From Eledone cirrhosa (taxonomy: Eukaryota), in the NCBI GenBank assembly GCA_964016885.1, contig OZ024740.1, positions 22,816,001 to 22,880,000 of the forward strand: DNA of 64,000 bases. Direction: 5' to 3'. The notes under the pieces were generated by a model that was given only the letters and a program-made list of their open reading frames with translations, ran no database searches and had not been told where the DNA came from. Of this stretch, positions 36,094 through 51,000 are shown piece by piece; the stretch's first letter is position 1; each line of letters begins with the position of its first letter. The position numbers were made by a program, and so were the translations under genes.

Positions 36094-39000
36094 CGGTGAT
36101 GGTATATGAACCAGTGGTAAGTTGATTCAGAGATGGTATATGAACCAGTGGTAAGTAGATACAGTGATGGTATATGAACCAGTGGTAAGTTGATTCAGTG
36201 ATGGTATATGAATCAGTGTTAAGAAGATTCAGTGATGGGATGGGAACCAGTGGTAAATAGATTCAGTGAAGGTATATAAACCAGTGGTAAGTAGATTCAG
36301 TGATGGTATATAAACCAGTGATAAGTATATTCAGTGATGGTATATGAACCAGTGGTAAATAGATTCAGTGATGGTATATAAACCAGTGGAAAGTAGATTG
36401 AGTAATGGTATATAAACCAGTGGTAAGTAGATTCAGTGATGGTATATGAATCAGTGGTATGTAGATTCAGTGATGGTATATGAACCAGCAGTAAGTAGAT
36501 TCAGTGATGGTATATGAATGAGTGGTAAATATATTCAGTTATGGTATATAAACCAGTGGTAAGTAGATTCAGTGATGGTATATGAATCAGTGGTAAGTAG
36601 ATTCAGTGATGGTATATAAACCAGTGGTAAGTAGATTCAGTGATGGTATATGAACCAGTGGTAAGTAGATTCAGTGATGGTATATAAGCCAGTGGTAAGT
36701 GGATTCAGGGATGGTATATGAACCAGTGGTAAGTAGATTCAGTGATGGTATATAAACCAGTGGTAAGTAGATTCAGTGATGGTATATGAACCAGTGGTAT
36801 GTAGATTCAGTGATGGTATATAAACCAGTGGTAAGTAGATTCAGTGATGGTATATGAACCAGTGATAAGCAGATTCAGTGATGGTATATGAACCAGTGGT
36901 AAGTAGATTCAGTGATGGTATATGAACCAGTAGTAAGTAGAATCAGTGATGGTATATGAATCAGTGGTAAGTAGATTCAGTGATGGTATATGAACCAGTA
37001 GTAAGTAGATTCAGTGATGGTATATGAACCAGTGGTAGGTAGATTCAGTGATGGTATATAAACCAGTGGTAAGTAGATTCAGTGATGGTATATGAACCAG
37101 TGGTAAATAGATTCAGTGATGATATATGAATCAGTGGTAAGTAGATTCAGTGATGGTATATGAACCAGTGGTAAGTAGATTCAGTGATGGTATATGAACC
37201 AGTGGTAAATAGATTCAGTGATGATATATGAATCAGTGGTAAGTAGATTCAGTGATGGTATATGAACCAGTGGTAAGTAGATTCAGTGATGGTATATGAA
37301 CCAGTGGTAAATAGATTCAGTGATGATATATGAACCAGTGGTAAGTAGATTCAGTGATGGTATATGAACCAGTAGTAAGTAGATTCAGTGATGGTATATG
37401 AACCAGTGGTAAGTAGATTCAGTGATGGTATATAAACCAGTGGTAAGTAGATTCAGTGATGGTATATGAACAAGTAGTAAGTAGATTCAGTGATGGTATA
37501 TAAACCAGTGGTAAGTAGATTCAGTGATGGTATATGAACCAGTGGTAAGTTGATTCAGTGATGGTATATAAACCAGTGGAAAGTAGATTCAGTAATGGTA
37601 TATAAACCAGTGGTAAGCAGATTCAGTGATGGTATATGAACCAGTGGTAAGTAGATTCAGTGATGGTATATAAACCAGTAGTAAGTAGATTCAGTGATGG
37701 TATATAAACCAGTGGTAAGTAGATTCAGTGATGGTATATAAACCAGTGGTAAGTAGATTCAGTGATGGTATATGAATGAGTGGTAAATAAATTCAGTTAT
37801 GGTATATAAACCAGTGGTAAGTAGATTCAGTGATGGTATATGAACCAGTGGTAAGTAGATTCAGTGATGGTATATAAAACAGTGGTAAGTAGATTCAGTG
37901 AAGTTATATAAACCAGTGGTAAATAGATTCAGTGATGGTATATAAACCAGTGGTAAGTAGATTCAGTGATGGTATATGAATCAGTGGTAAGTAGATTCAG
38001 TAATGGTATATGAACCAGTGGTAAGTTGATTCAGTGATGGTATATAAACCAGTGAAAAGTAGATTCAGTAATGGTATATAAACCAGTGGTAAGCAGATTC
38101 AGTGATGGTATATGAACCAGTGGTCAGTAGATTCAGTGATGGTATAATAACCAGTGGTAAGTAGATTCAATGATGGTATATGAACCAGTGGTAAGTTGAT
38201 TCAGTGATGGTATATGAATCAGTGGTAATAGATTCAGTGATGGTATATGAATGAGTGGTAAATATATTCAGTTATGGTATATAAACCAGTGGTAAGTAGA
38301 TTCAGTGATGGTATATGAATCAGTGGTAAGTAGATTCAGTGATGGTATATAAACCAGTGGTAAGTAGATTCAGTGATGGTATATGAACCAGTGGTAAGTA
38401 GATTCAGTGATGGTATATAAGCCAGTGGTAAGTGGATTCAGTGATGGTATATGAACCAGTGGTAAGTAGATTCAGTGATGGTATATAAACCAGTGGTAAG
38501 TAGATTCAGTGATGGTATATGAACCAGTGATAAGCAGATTCAGTGATGGTATATGAACCAGTGGTAAGTAGATTCAGTGATGGTATATGAACCAGTAGTA
38601 AGTAGAATCAGTGATGGTATATGAATCAGTGGTAAGTAGATTCAGTGATGGTATATGAACCAGTAGTAAGTAGATTCAGTGATGGAATATGAACCAGTGG
38701 TAAGTAGATTCAGTGATGGTATATAAACCAGTGGTAAGTAGATTCAGTGATGGTATATGAACCAGTGGTAAATAGATTCAGTGATGATATATGAATCAGT
38801 GGTAAGTAGATTCAGTGATGGTATATGAACCAGTGGTAAGTAGATTCAGTGATGGTATATGAACCAGTGGTAAATAGATTCAGTGATGATATATGAATCA
38901 GTGGTAAGTAGATTCAGTGATGGTATATGAACCAGTGGTAAGTAGATTCAGTGATGGTATATGAACCAGTAGTAAGTAGATTCAGTGATGGTATATGAAC

Positions 39001-42000
39001 CAGTGGTAAGTAGATTCAGTGATGGTATATAAACCAGTGGTAAGTAGATTCAGTGATGGTATATGAACAAGTAGTAAGTAGATTCAGTGATGGTATATAA
39101 ACCAGTGGTAAGTAGATTCAGTGATGGTATATGAATCAGTGGTAAGTAGATTCAGTAATGGTATATGAACCAGTGGTAAGTTGATTCAGTGATGGTATAT
39201 AAACCAGTGGAAAGTAGATTCAGTAATGGTATATAAACCAGTGGTAAGCAGATTCAGTGATGGTATATGAACCAGTGGTAAGTAGATTCAGTGATGGTAT
39301 ATAAACCAGTAGTAAGTAGATTCAGTGATGGTATATAAACCAGTGGTAAGTAGATTCAGTGATGGTATATAAACCAGTGGTAAGTAGATTCAGTGATGGT
39401 ATATGAATGAGTGGTAAATATATTCAGTTATGGTATATAAACCAGTGGTAAGTAGATTCAGTGATGGTATATGAACCAGTGATAAGCAGATTCAGTGATG
39501 GTATATGAACCAGTGGTAAGTAGATTCAGTGATGGTATATGAACCAGTAGTAAGTAGAATCAGTGATGGTATATGAATCAGTGGTAAGTAGATTCAGTGA
39601 TGGTATATGAACCAGTAGTAAGTAGATTCAGTGATGGTATATGAACCAGTGGTAGGTAGATTCAGTGATGGTATATAAACCAGTGGTAAGTAGATTCAGT
39701 GATGGTATATGAACCAGTGGTAAATAGATTCAGTGATGATATATGAATCAGTGGTAAGTAGATTCAGTGATGGTATATGAACCAGTGGTAAGTAGATTCA
39801 GTGATGGTATATGAACCAGTGGTAAATAGATTCAGTGATGATATATGAATCAGTGGTAAGTAGATTCAGTGATGGTATACGAACCAGTGGTAAGTAGATT
39901 CAGTGATGGTATATGAACCAGTGGTAAATAAATTCAGTGATGATATATGAACCAGTGGTAAGTAGATTCAGTGATGGTATATGAACCAGTAGTAAGTAGA
40001 TTCAGTGATGGTATATGAACCAGTGGTAAGTAGATTCAGTGATGGTATATAAACCAGTGGTAAGTAGATTCAGTGATGGTATATGAACAAGTAGTAAGTA
40101 GATTCAGTGATGGTATATAAACCAGTGGTAAGTAGATTCAGTGATGGTATATGAACCAGTGGTAAGTTGATTCAGTGATGGTATATAAACCAGTGGAAAG
40201 TAGATTCAGTAATGGTATATAAACCAGTGGTAAGCAGATTCAGTGATGGTATATGAACCAGTGGTAAGTAGATTCAGTGATGGTATATAAACCAGTAGTA
40301 AGTAGATTCAGTGATGGTATATAAACCAGTGGTAAGTAGATTCAGTGATGGTATATAAACCAGTGATAAGTAGATTCAGTGATGGTATATGAATGAGTGG
40401 TAAATAAATTCAGTTATGGTATATAAACCAGTGGTAAGTAGATTCAGTGATGGTATATGAACCAGTGGTAAGTAGATTCAGTGATGGTATATAAAACAGT
40501 GGTAAGTAGATTCAGTGAAGGTATATAAACCAGTGGTAAATAGATTCAGTGATGGTATATAAACCAGTGGTAAGTAGATTCAGTGATGGTATATGAATCA
40601 GTGGTAAGTAGATTCAGTAATGGTATATGAACCAGTGGTAAGTTGATTCAGTGATGGTATATAAACCAGTGAAAAGTAGATTCAGTAATGGTATATAAAC
40701 CAGTGGTAAGCAGATTCAGTGATGGTATATGAACCAGTGGTAAGTAGATTCAGTGATGGTATATGAACCAGTGGTAAGTAGATTCAATGATGGTATATGA
40801 ACCAGTGGTAAGTTGATTCAGTGATGGTATATGAATCAGTGGTAATAGATTCAGTGATGGTATATGAATGAGTGGTAAATATATTCAGTTATGGTATATA
40901 AACCAGTGGTAAGTAGATTCAGTGATGGTATATGAATCAGTGGTAAGTAGATTCAGTGATGGTATATAAACCAGTGGTAAGTAGATTCAGTGATGGTATA
41001 TGAACCAGTGGTAAGTAGATTCAGTGATGGTATATAAGCCAGTGGTAAGTGGATTCAGTGATGGTATATGAACCAGTGGTAAGTAGATTCAGTGATGGTA
41101 TATAAACCAGTGGTAAGTAGATTCAGTGATGGTATATGAACCAGTGGTATGTAGATTCAGTGATGGTATATAAACCAGTGGTAAGTAGATTCAGTGATGG
41201 TATATGAACCAGTGATAAGCAGATTCAGTGATGGTATATGAACCAGTGGTAAGTAGATTCAGTGATGGTATATGAACCAGTAGTAAGTAGAATCAGTGAT
41301 GGTATATGAATCAGTGGTAAGTAGATTCAGTGATGGTATATGAACCAGTAGTAAGTAGATTCAGTGATGGTATATGAACCAGTGGTAGGTAGATTCAGTG
41401 ATGGTATATAAACCAGTGGTAAGTAGATTCAGTGATGGTATATGAACCAGTGGTAAATAGATTCAGTGATGATATATGAATCAGTGGTAAGTAGATTCAG
41501 TGATGGTATATGAACCAGTGGTAAGTAGATTCAGTGATGGTATATGAACCAGTGGTAAATAGATTCAGTGATGATATATGAATCAGTGGTAAGTAGATTC
41601 AGTGATGGTATATGAACCAGTGGTAAGTAGATTCAGTGATGGTATATGAACCAGTAGTAAGTAGATTCAGTGATGGTATATGAACCAGTGGTAAGTAGAT
41701 TCAGTGATGGTATATAAACCAGTGGTAAGTAGATTCAGTGATGGTATATGAACAAGTAGTAAGTAGATTCAGTGATGGTATATAAACCAGTGGTAAGTAG
41801 ATTCAGTGATGGTATATGAATCAGTGGTAAGTAGATTCAGTAATGGTATATGAACCAGTGGTAAGTTGATTCAGTGATGGTATATAAACCAGTGGAAAGT
41901 AGATTCAGTAATGGTATATAAACCAGTGGTAAGCAGATTCAGTGCTGGTATATGAACCAGTGGTAAGCAGATTCAGTGATGGTATATAAACCAGTAGTAA

Positions 42001-45000
42001 GTAGATTCAGTGATGGTATATAAACCAGTGGTAAGTAGATTCAGTGATGGTATATCAACCAGTGGTAAGTAGATTCAGTGATGGTATATGAATGAGTGGT
42101 AAATATATTCAGTTATGGTATATAAACCAGTGGTAAGTAGATTCAGTGATGGTATATGAACCAGTGGTAAGTAGATTCAGTGATGGTATATAAAACAGTG
42201 GTAAGTAGATTCAGTGAAGGTATATAAACCAGTGGTAAATATATTCAGTGATGGTATATAAACCAGTGGTAAGTAGATTCAGTGATGGTATATGAATCAG
42301 TGGTAAGTAGATTCAGTAATGGTATATGAACCAGTGGTAAGTTGATTCAGTGATGGTATATAAACCAGTGAAAAGTAGATTCAGTAATGGTATATAAACC
42401 AGTGGTAAGCAGATTCAGTGATGGTATATGAACCAGTGGTAAGTAGATTCAGTGATGGTATATGAACCAGTGGTAAGTAGATTCAGTGATGGTATATGAA
42501 CCAGTGGTAAGTTGATTCAGTGATGGTATATGAATCAGTGGTAATAGATTCAGTGATGGTATATGAACCAGTCGTAAGTAGATTCAGTGATGTTATATGA
42601 ACCAGTGGTAAGTAGATTCAGTGATGGTATATGAACCAGTAGTAACGAGATTCAGTGATGGTATATGAACCAGTGGTAAGTATAGTCAGTGATGGTATAT
42701 GAACCAGTGGTAAATAGATTCAGTGATGGTATATGAACCAGTAGTAAGTAGATTCAGTGATGGTATATGAACCAATGGTAAATAGATTCAGTGATGGTAT
42801 GTGAACCAGTAGTAAGTAGAATCAGTGATGATATATGAATCAGTGGTAAGTAGATTAAGTGATGGTATATAAACCAGTAGTAAGTAGATTCAGTGATGGT
42901 ATATAAACCAGTGGTAAGTAGATTCAGTGATGGTATATGAATCAGTGGTAAGTAGATTCAGTGATGGTATATAAGCCAGTGGTAAGTGGATTCAGTGATG
43001 GTATATGAAGTAGTGGTAAGTAGATTCAGTGATGGTATATAAACCAGTGGTAAGTAGATTCAGTGATGGTATATGAACCAGTGGTATGTAGATTCAGTGA
43101 TGGTATATAAACCAGTGGTAAGTAGATTCAGTGATGGTATATGAACCAGTGATAAGCAGATTCAGTGATGGTATATGAATCAGTGGTAAGTAGATTCAGT
43201 GATGGTATATGAACCAGTCGTAAGTAGATTCAGTGATGGTATATGTACAAGTAGTAAGTAGATTCAGTGATGGTATATGAACCAGTGGTAGGTAGATTCA
43301 GTGATGGTATATAAACCAGTGGTAAGTAGATTCAGTGATGGTATATGAACCAGTGGTAAATAGATTCAGTGATGATATATGAATCAGTGGTAAGTAGATT
43401 CAGTGATGGTATATAAACCAGTGGTAAATAGATTCAGTGATGGTATATAAACCAGTAGTAAGTAGATTCAGTGATGGTATATGAACCAGTAGTAAGTAGA
43501 TTCAGTGATGGTATATGAACCAGTGGTAAGTAGATTCAGTGATGGTATATAAACCAGTGGAAAGTAGATTCAGTGATGGTATATGAACAAGTAGTAAGTA
43601 GATTCAGTGATGGTATATAAACCAGTGGTAAGTAGATTCAGTGATGGTATATGAATGAGTGGTAAATATATTCAGTTATGGTATATAAACCAGTGGTAAG
43701 TAGATTCAGTGATGGCATATGAACCAGTAGTAAGTAGATTCAGTTATGGTATATAAAACAGTGGTAAGTAGATTCAGTGATAGTATATAAACCAGTGGTA
43801 AGTAGATTCAGTGATGGCATATGAACCAGTGGTAAGTAGATTCAGTGATGGTATATGAATCAGTGGTAAGTAGATTCAGTAATGGTATATGAACCAGTGG
43901 TAAGTTGATTCAGTGATGGTATATAAACCAGTGGAAAGTAGATTCAGTGATGGTATATGAACCAGTGGTAAGTAGATTCAGTGATGGTATATGAACCAGT
44001 GGTAAGTAGATTCAGTGATGGTATATGGACCAGTGGAAAGTAGATTTAGTGATGGTATATGAACCAGTGGTAAGTAGATTCAGTGATGGTATATAGACCA
44101 CTAGTAAGTAGATTCGGTGATGGTACATAAACCAGTGGTAAGTAGATTCAGTGATGGTATATGAACCAGTGGAAAGTAGATTCAGTGATAGTATATGAAC
44201 CAGTGGTAAGTGGATTCAGTGATGGTATATGAACCAGTGGTAAGTAGATTCAGTGATGGTATATAAACCATTGGTAAGTAGATTTAGTGATGGTATATAA
44301 ACCAGTAGTAAGTAGATTCAGTGATGGTATATGAACCAGTGGAAAGTAGATTCAGTGATAGTATATGAACCAGTGGTAAGTGGATTCAGTGATGGTATAT
44401 GAACCAGTGGTAAGTAGATTCAGTGATTGTATATGAACCAGTGGTAAGTAGGTTCAGTGATAGTATATGAACCAGTGGTAAGTAGATTCAGTGATGGTAT
44501 ATGAACCAGTGGTAAGTAGATTCAGTGATGGTATATGAATCAGTGGTAAGTAGATTCAGTGATGGTATATAAAACAGTGGTAAGTAGATTCAGTGATGGT
44601 ATATGAACCAGTGGTAAGTAGATTCAGTGATAGTATATGAACCAGTGGTAAGTAGATTCAGTGATGGTATATGAACCAGTGGTAAGTAGATTCAGTGATG
44701 GTATATGAACCAGTGGTAAGTAGATTCAGTGATGGTATATGAACCAGTGGTAAGTAGATTCAGTGATGGTATGTGAACCAGTAGTAAGTAGAATCAGTGA
44801 TGGTATATGAACCAGTAGTAAGTAGATTCAGTGATGATATATGAATCAGTGGTAAGTAGATTCAGTGATGGTATATGAACCAGTAGTAAGTAGATTCAGT
44901 GATGTTATATAAACCAGTGGTAAGTAGATTCAGTGATGGTATATGAACCAGTGGTAAATAGATTCAGTGATGGTATATGAACCAGTGGAAAGTAGATTCA

Positions 45001-48000
45001 GTGATGGTATATGAACCAGTAGTAAGTAGATTCAGTGAAGGTATATAAACCAGTGGTAAGTAGTTTCAGTGATGGTATATGAACCAGTGGTAAGTAGATT
45101 CAGTGATGGTATATGAACCAGTGGTAAGTAGATTCAGTGATGGTATATGAACCAGTGGTTAATAGATTCAGTGATGTTATATTAACCAGTGGTAAGTAGA
45201 TTCAGTGATGGTATATGAACCAGTAGTAAGTAGATTCAGTGATGGTATATGAACCAGTGGTAAGTAGATTCAGTGATGGTATATAAACCAGTGGTAAGTA
45301 GATTCAGTGATGGTATATGAACAAGTAGTAAGTAGATTCAGTGATGGTATATAAACCAGTGGTAAGTAGATTCAGTGATGGTATATGAACCAGTGGTAAG
45401 TTGATTCAGTGATGGTATATAAACCAGTGGAAAGTAGATTCAGTAATGGTATATAAACCAGTGGTAAGCAGATTCAGTGATGGTATATGAACCAGTGGTA
45501 AGTAGATTCAGTGATGGTATATAAACCAGTAGTAAGTAGATTCAGTGATGGTATATAAACCAGTGGTAAGTAGATTCAGTGATGGTATATAAACCAGTGG
45601 TAAGTAGATTCAGCGATGGTATATGAATGAGTGGTAAATAAATTCAGTTATGGTATATAAACCAGTGGTAAGTAGATTCAGTGATGGTATATGAACCAGT
45701 GGTAAGTAGATTCAGTGATGGTATATAAAACAGTGGTAAGTAGATTCAGTGAAGGTATATAAACCAGTGGTAAATAGATTCAGTGATGGTATATAAACCA
45801 GTGGTAAGTAGATTCAGTGATGGTATATGAATCAGTGGTAAGTAGATTCAGTAATGGTATATGAACCAGTGGTAAGTAGATTCAGTGATGGTATATAAAC
45901 CAGTGGAAAGTAGATTCAGTGATGGTATATGAACAAGTAGTAAGTAGATTCAGTGATGGTATATAAACCAGTGGTAAGTAGATTCAGTGATGGTATATGA
46001 ATGAGTGGTAAATATATTCAGTTATGGTATATAAACCAGTGGTAAGTAGATTCAGTGATGGCATATGAACCAGTAGTAAGTAGATTCAGTTATGGTATAT
46101 AAAACAGTGGTAAGTAGATTCAGTGATAGTATATAAACCAGTGGTAAGTAGATTCAGTGATGGCATATGAACCAGTGGTAAGTAGATTCAGTGATGGTAT
46201 ATGAATCAGTGGTAAGTAGATTCAGTAATGGTATATGAACCAGTGGTAAGTTGATTCAGTGATGGTATATAAACCAGTGGAAAGTAGATTCAGTGATGGT
46301 ATATGAACCAGTGGTAAGTAGATTCAGTGATGGTATATGAACCAGTGGTAAGTAGATTCAGTGATGGTATATGGACCAGTGGAAAGTAGATTCAGTGATG
46401 GTATATGAATCAGTGGTAAGTAGATTCTGTGATGGTATATAGACCACTAGTAAGTAGATTCGGTGATGGTATATAAACCAGTGGTAAGTAGATTCAGTGA
46501 TGGTATATGAACCAGTGGAAAGTAGATTCAGTGATAGTATATGAACCAGTGGTAAGTGGATTCAGTGATGGTATATGAACCAGTGGTAAGTAGATTCAGT
46601 GATGGTATATAAACCATTGGTAAGTAGATTTAGTGATGGTATATAAACCAGTAGTAAGTAGATTCAGTGATGGTATATGAACCAGTGGAAAGTAGATTCA
46701 GTGATAGTATATGAACCAGTGGTAAGTGGATTCAGTGATGGTATATGAACCAGTGGTAAGTAGATTCAGTGATTGTATATGAACCAGTGGTAAGTAGGTT
46801 CAGTGATAGTATATGAACCAGTGGTAAGTAGATTCAGTGATGGTATATGAACCAGTGGTAAGTAGATTCAGTGATGGTATATGAATCAGTGGTAAGTAGA
46901 TTCAGTGATGGTATATAAAACAGTGGTAAGTAGATTCAGTGATGGTATATGAACCAGTGGTAAGTAGATTCAGTGATAGTATATGAACCAGTGGTAAGTA
47001 GATTCAGTGATGGTATATGAACCAGTGGTAAGTAGATTCAGTGATGGTATATGAACCAGTGGTAAGTAGATTCAGTGATGGTATATAAACCAGTGGTAAA
47101 TAGATTCAGTGATGGTATATAAACCAGTAGTAAGTAGATTCAGTGATGGTATATGAACAAGTAGTAAGTAGATTCAGTGATGGTATATAAACCAGTGGTA
47201 AGTAGATTCAGTGATGGTATATGAATGAGTGGTAAATATATTCAGTTATGGTATATAAACCAGTGGTAAGTAGATTCAGTGATGGCATATGAACCAGTAG
47301 TAAGTAGATTCAGTTATGGTATATAAAACAGTGGTAAGTAGATTCAGTGATAGTATATAAACCAGTGGTAAGTAGATTCAGTGATGGCATATGAACCAGT
47401 GGTAAGTAGATTCAGTGATGGTATATGAATCAGTGGTAAGTAGATTCAGTAATGGTATATGAACCAGTGGTAAGTTGATTCAGTGATGGTATATAAACCA
47501 GTGGAAAGTAGATTCAGTGATGGTATATGAACCAGTGGTAAGTAGATTCAGTGATGGTATATGAACCAGTGGTAAGTAGATTCAGTGATGGTATATGGAC
47601 CAGTGGAAAGTAGATTTAGTGATGGTATATGAACCAGTGGTAAGTAGATTCAGTGATGGTATATAGACCACTAGTAAGTAGATTCGGTGATGGTACATAA
47701 ACCAGTGGTAAGTAGATTCAGTGATGGTATATGAACCAGTGGAAAGTAGATTCAGTGATAGTATATGAACCAGTGGTAAGTGGATTCAGTGATGGTATAT
47801 GAACCAGTGGTAAGTAGATTCAGTGATGGTATATAAACCATTGGTAAGTAGATTTAGTGATGGTATATAAACCAGTAGTAAGTAGATTCAGTGATGGTAT
47901 ATGAACCAGTGGAAAGTAGATTCAGTGATAGTATATGAACCAGTGGTAAGTGGATTCAGTGATGGTATATGAACCAGTGGTAAGTAGATTCAGTGATTGT

Positions 48001-51000
48001 ATATGAACCAGTGGTAAGTAGGTTCAGTGATAGTATATGAACCAGTGGTAAGTAGATTCAGTGATGGTATATGAACCAGTGGTAAGTAGATTCAGTGATG
48101 GTATATGAATCAGTGGTAAGTAGATTCAGTGATGGTATATAAAACAGTGGTAAGTAGATTCAGTGATGGTATATGAACCAGTGGTAAGTAGATTCAGTGA
48201 TAGTATATGAACCAGTGGTAAGTATATTCAGTGATGGTATATGAACCAGTGGTAAGTAGATTCAGTGATGGTATATGAACCAGTGGTAAGTAGATTCAGT
48301 GATGGTATATGAACCAGTGGTAAGTAGATTCAGTGATGGTATGTGAACCAGTAGTAAGTAGAATCAGTGATGGTATATGAACCAGTAGTAAGTAGATTCA
48401 GTGATGATATATGAATCAGTGGTAAGTAGATTCAGTGATGGTATATGAACCAGTAGTAAGTAGATTCAGTGATGTTATATAAACCAGTGGTAAGTAGATT
48501 CAGTGATGGTATATGAACCAGTGGTAAATAGATTCAGTGATGGTATATGAACCAGTGGAAAGTAGATTCAGTGATGGTATATGAACCAGTAGTAAGTAGA
48601 TTCAGTGAAGGTATATAAACCAGTGGTAAGTAGTTTCAGTGATGGTATATGAACCAGTGGTAAGTAGATTCAGTGATGGTATATGAACCAGTGGTAAGTA
48701 GATTCAGTGATGGTATATGAACCAGTGGTTAATAGATTCAGTGATGTTATATTAACCAGTGGTAAGTAGATTCAGTGATGGTATATGAACCAGTAGTAAG
48801 TAGATTCAGTGATGGTATATGAACCAGTGGTAAGTAGATTCAGTGATGGTATATAAACCAGTGGTAAGTAGATTCAGTGATGGTATATGAACAAGTAGTA
48901 AGTAGATTCAGTGATGGTATATAAACCAGTGGTAAGTAGATTCAGTGATGGTATATGAACCAGTGGTAAGTTGATTCAGTGATGGTATATAAACCAGTGG
49001 AAAGTAGATTCAGTAATGGTATATAAACCAGTGGTAAGCAGATTCAGTGATGGTATATGAACCAGTGGTAAGTAGATTCAGTGATGGTATATAAACCAGT
49101 AGTAAGTAGATTCAGTGATGGTATATAAACCAGTGGTAAGTAGATTCAGTGATGCTATATAAACCAGTGGTAAGTAGATTCAGCGATGGTATATGAATGA
49201 GTGGTAAATAAATTCAGTTATGGTATATAAACCAGTGGTAAGTAGATTCAGTGATGGTATATGAACCAGTGGTAAGTAGATTCAGTGATGGTATATAAAA
49301 CAGTGGTAAGTAGATTCAGTGAAGGTATATAAACCAGTGGTAAATAGATTCAGTGATGGTATATAAACCAGTGGTAAGTAGATTCAGTGATGGTATATGA
49401 ATCAGTGGTAAGTAGATTCAGTAATGGTATATGAACCAGTGGTAAGTAGATTCAGTGATGGTATATAAACCAGTGGAAAGTAGATTCAGTGATGGTATAT
49501 GAACAAGTAGTAAGTAGATTCAGTGATGGTATATAAACCAGTGGTAAGTAGATTCAGTGATGGTATATGAATGAGTGGTAAATATATTCAGTTATGGTAT
49601 ATAAACCAGTGGTAAGTAGATTCAGTGATGGCATATGAACCAGTAGTAAGTAGATTCAGTTATGGTATATAAAACAGTGGTAAGTAGATTCAGTGATAGT
49701 ATATAAACCAGTGGTAAGTAGATTCAGTGATGGCATATGAACCAGTGGTAAGTAGATTCAGTGATGGTATATGAATCAGTGGTAAGTAGATTCAGTAATG
49801 GTATATGAACCAGTGGTAAGTTGATTCAGTGATGGTATATAAACCAGTGGAAAGTAGATTCAGTGATGGTATATGAACCAGTGGTAAGTAGATTCAGTGA
49901 TGGTATATGAACCAGTGGTAAGTAGATTCAGTGATGGTATATGGACCAGTGGAAAGTAGATTCAGTGATGGTATATGAATCAGTGGTAAGTAGATTCTGT
50001 GATGGTATATAGACCACTAGTAAGTAGATTCGGTGATGGTATATAAACCAGTGGTAAGTAGATTCAGTGATGGTATATGAACCAGTGGAAAGTAGATTCA
50101 GTGATAGTATATGAACCAGTGGTAAGTGGATTCAGTGATGGTATATGAACCAGTGGTAAGTAGATTCAGTGATGGTATATAAACCATTGGTAAGTAGATT
50201 TAGTGATGGTATATAAACCAGTAGTAAGTAGATTCAGTGATGGTATATGAACCAGTGGAAAGTAGATTCAGTGATAGTATATGAACCAGTGGTAAGTGGA
50301 TTCAGTGATGGTATATAAACCAGTGGTAAGTAGATTCAGCGATGGTATATGAATGAGTGGTAAATAAATTCAGTTATGGTATATAAACCAGTGGTAAGTA
50401 GATTCAGTTATGGTATATGAACCAGTGGTAAGTAGATTCAGTGATGGTATATAAAACAGTGGTAAGTAGATTCAGTGAAGGTATATAAACCAGTGGTAAA
50501 TAGATTCAGTGATGGTATATAAACCAGTGGTAAGTAGATTCAGTGATGGTATATGAATCAGTGGTAAGTAGATTCAGTAATGGTATATGAACAAGTGGTA
50601 AGTAGATTCAGTGATGGTATATAAACCAGTGGAAAGTAGATTCAGTGATGGTATATGAACAAGTAGTAAGTAGATTCAGTGATGGTATATAAACCAGTGG
50701 TAAGTAGATTCAGTGATGGTATATGAATGAGTGGTAAATATATTCAGTTATGGTATATAAACCAGTGGTAAGTAGATTCAGTGATGGCATATGAACCAGT
50801 AGTAAGTAGATTCAGTTATGGTATATAAAACAGTGGTAAGTAGATTCAGTGATAGTATATAAACCAGTGGTAAGTAGATTCAGTGATGGCATATGAACCA
50901 GTGGTAAGTAGATTCAGTGATGGTATATGAATCAGTGGTAAGTAGATTCAGTAATGGTATATGAACCAGTGGTAAGTTGATTCAGTGATGGTATATAAAC

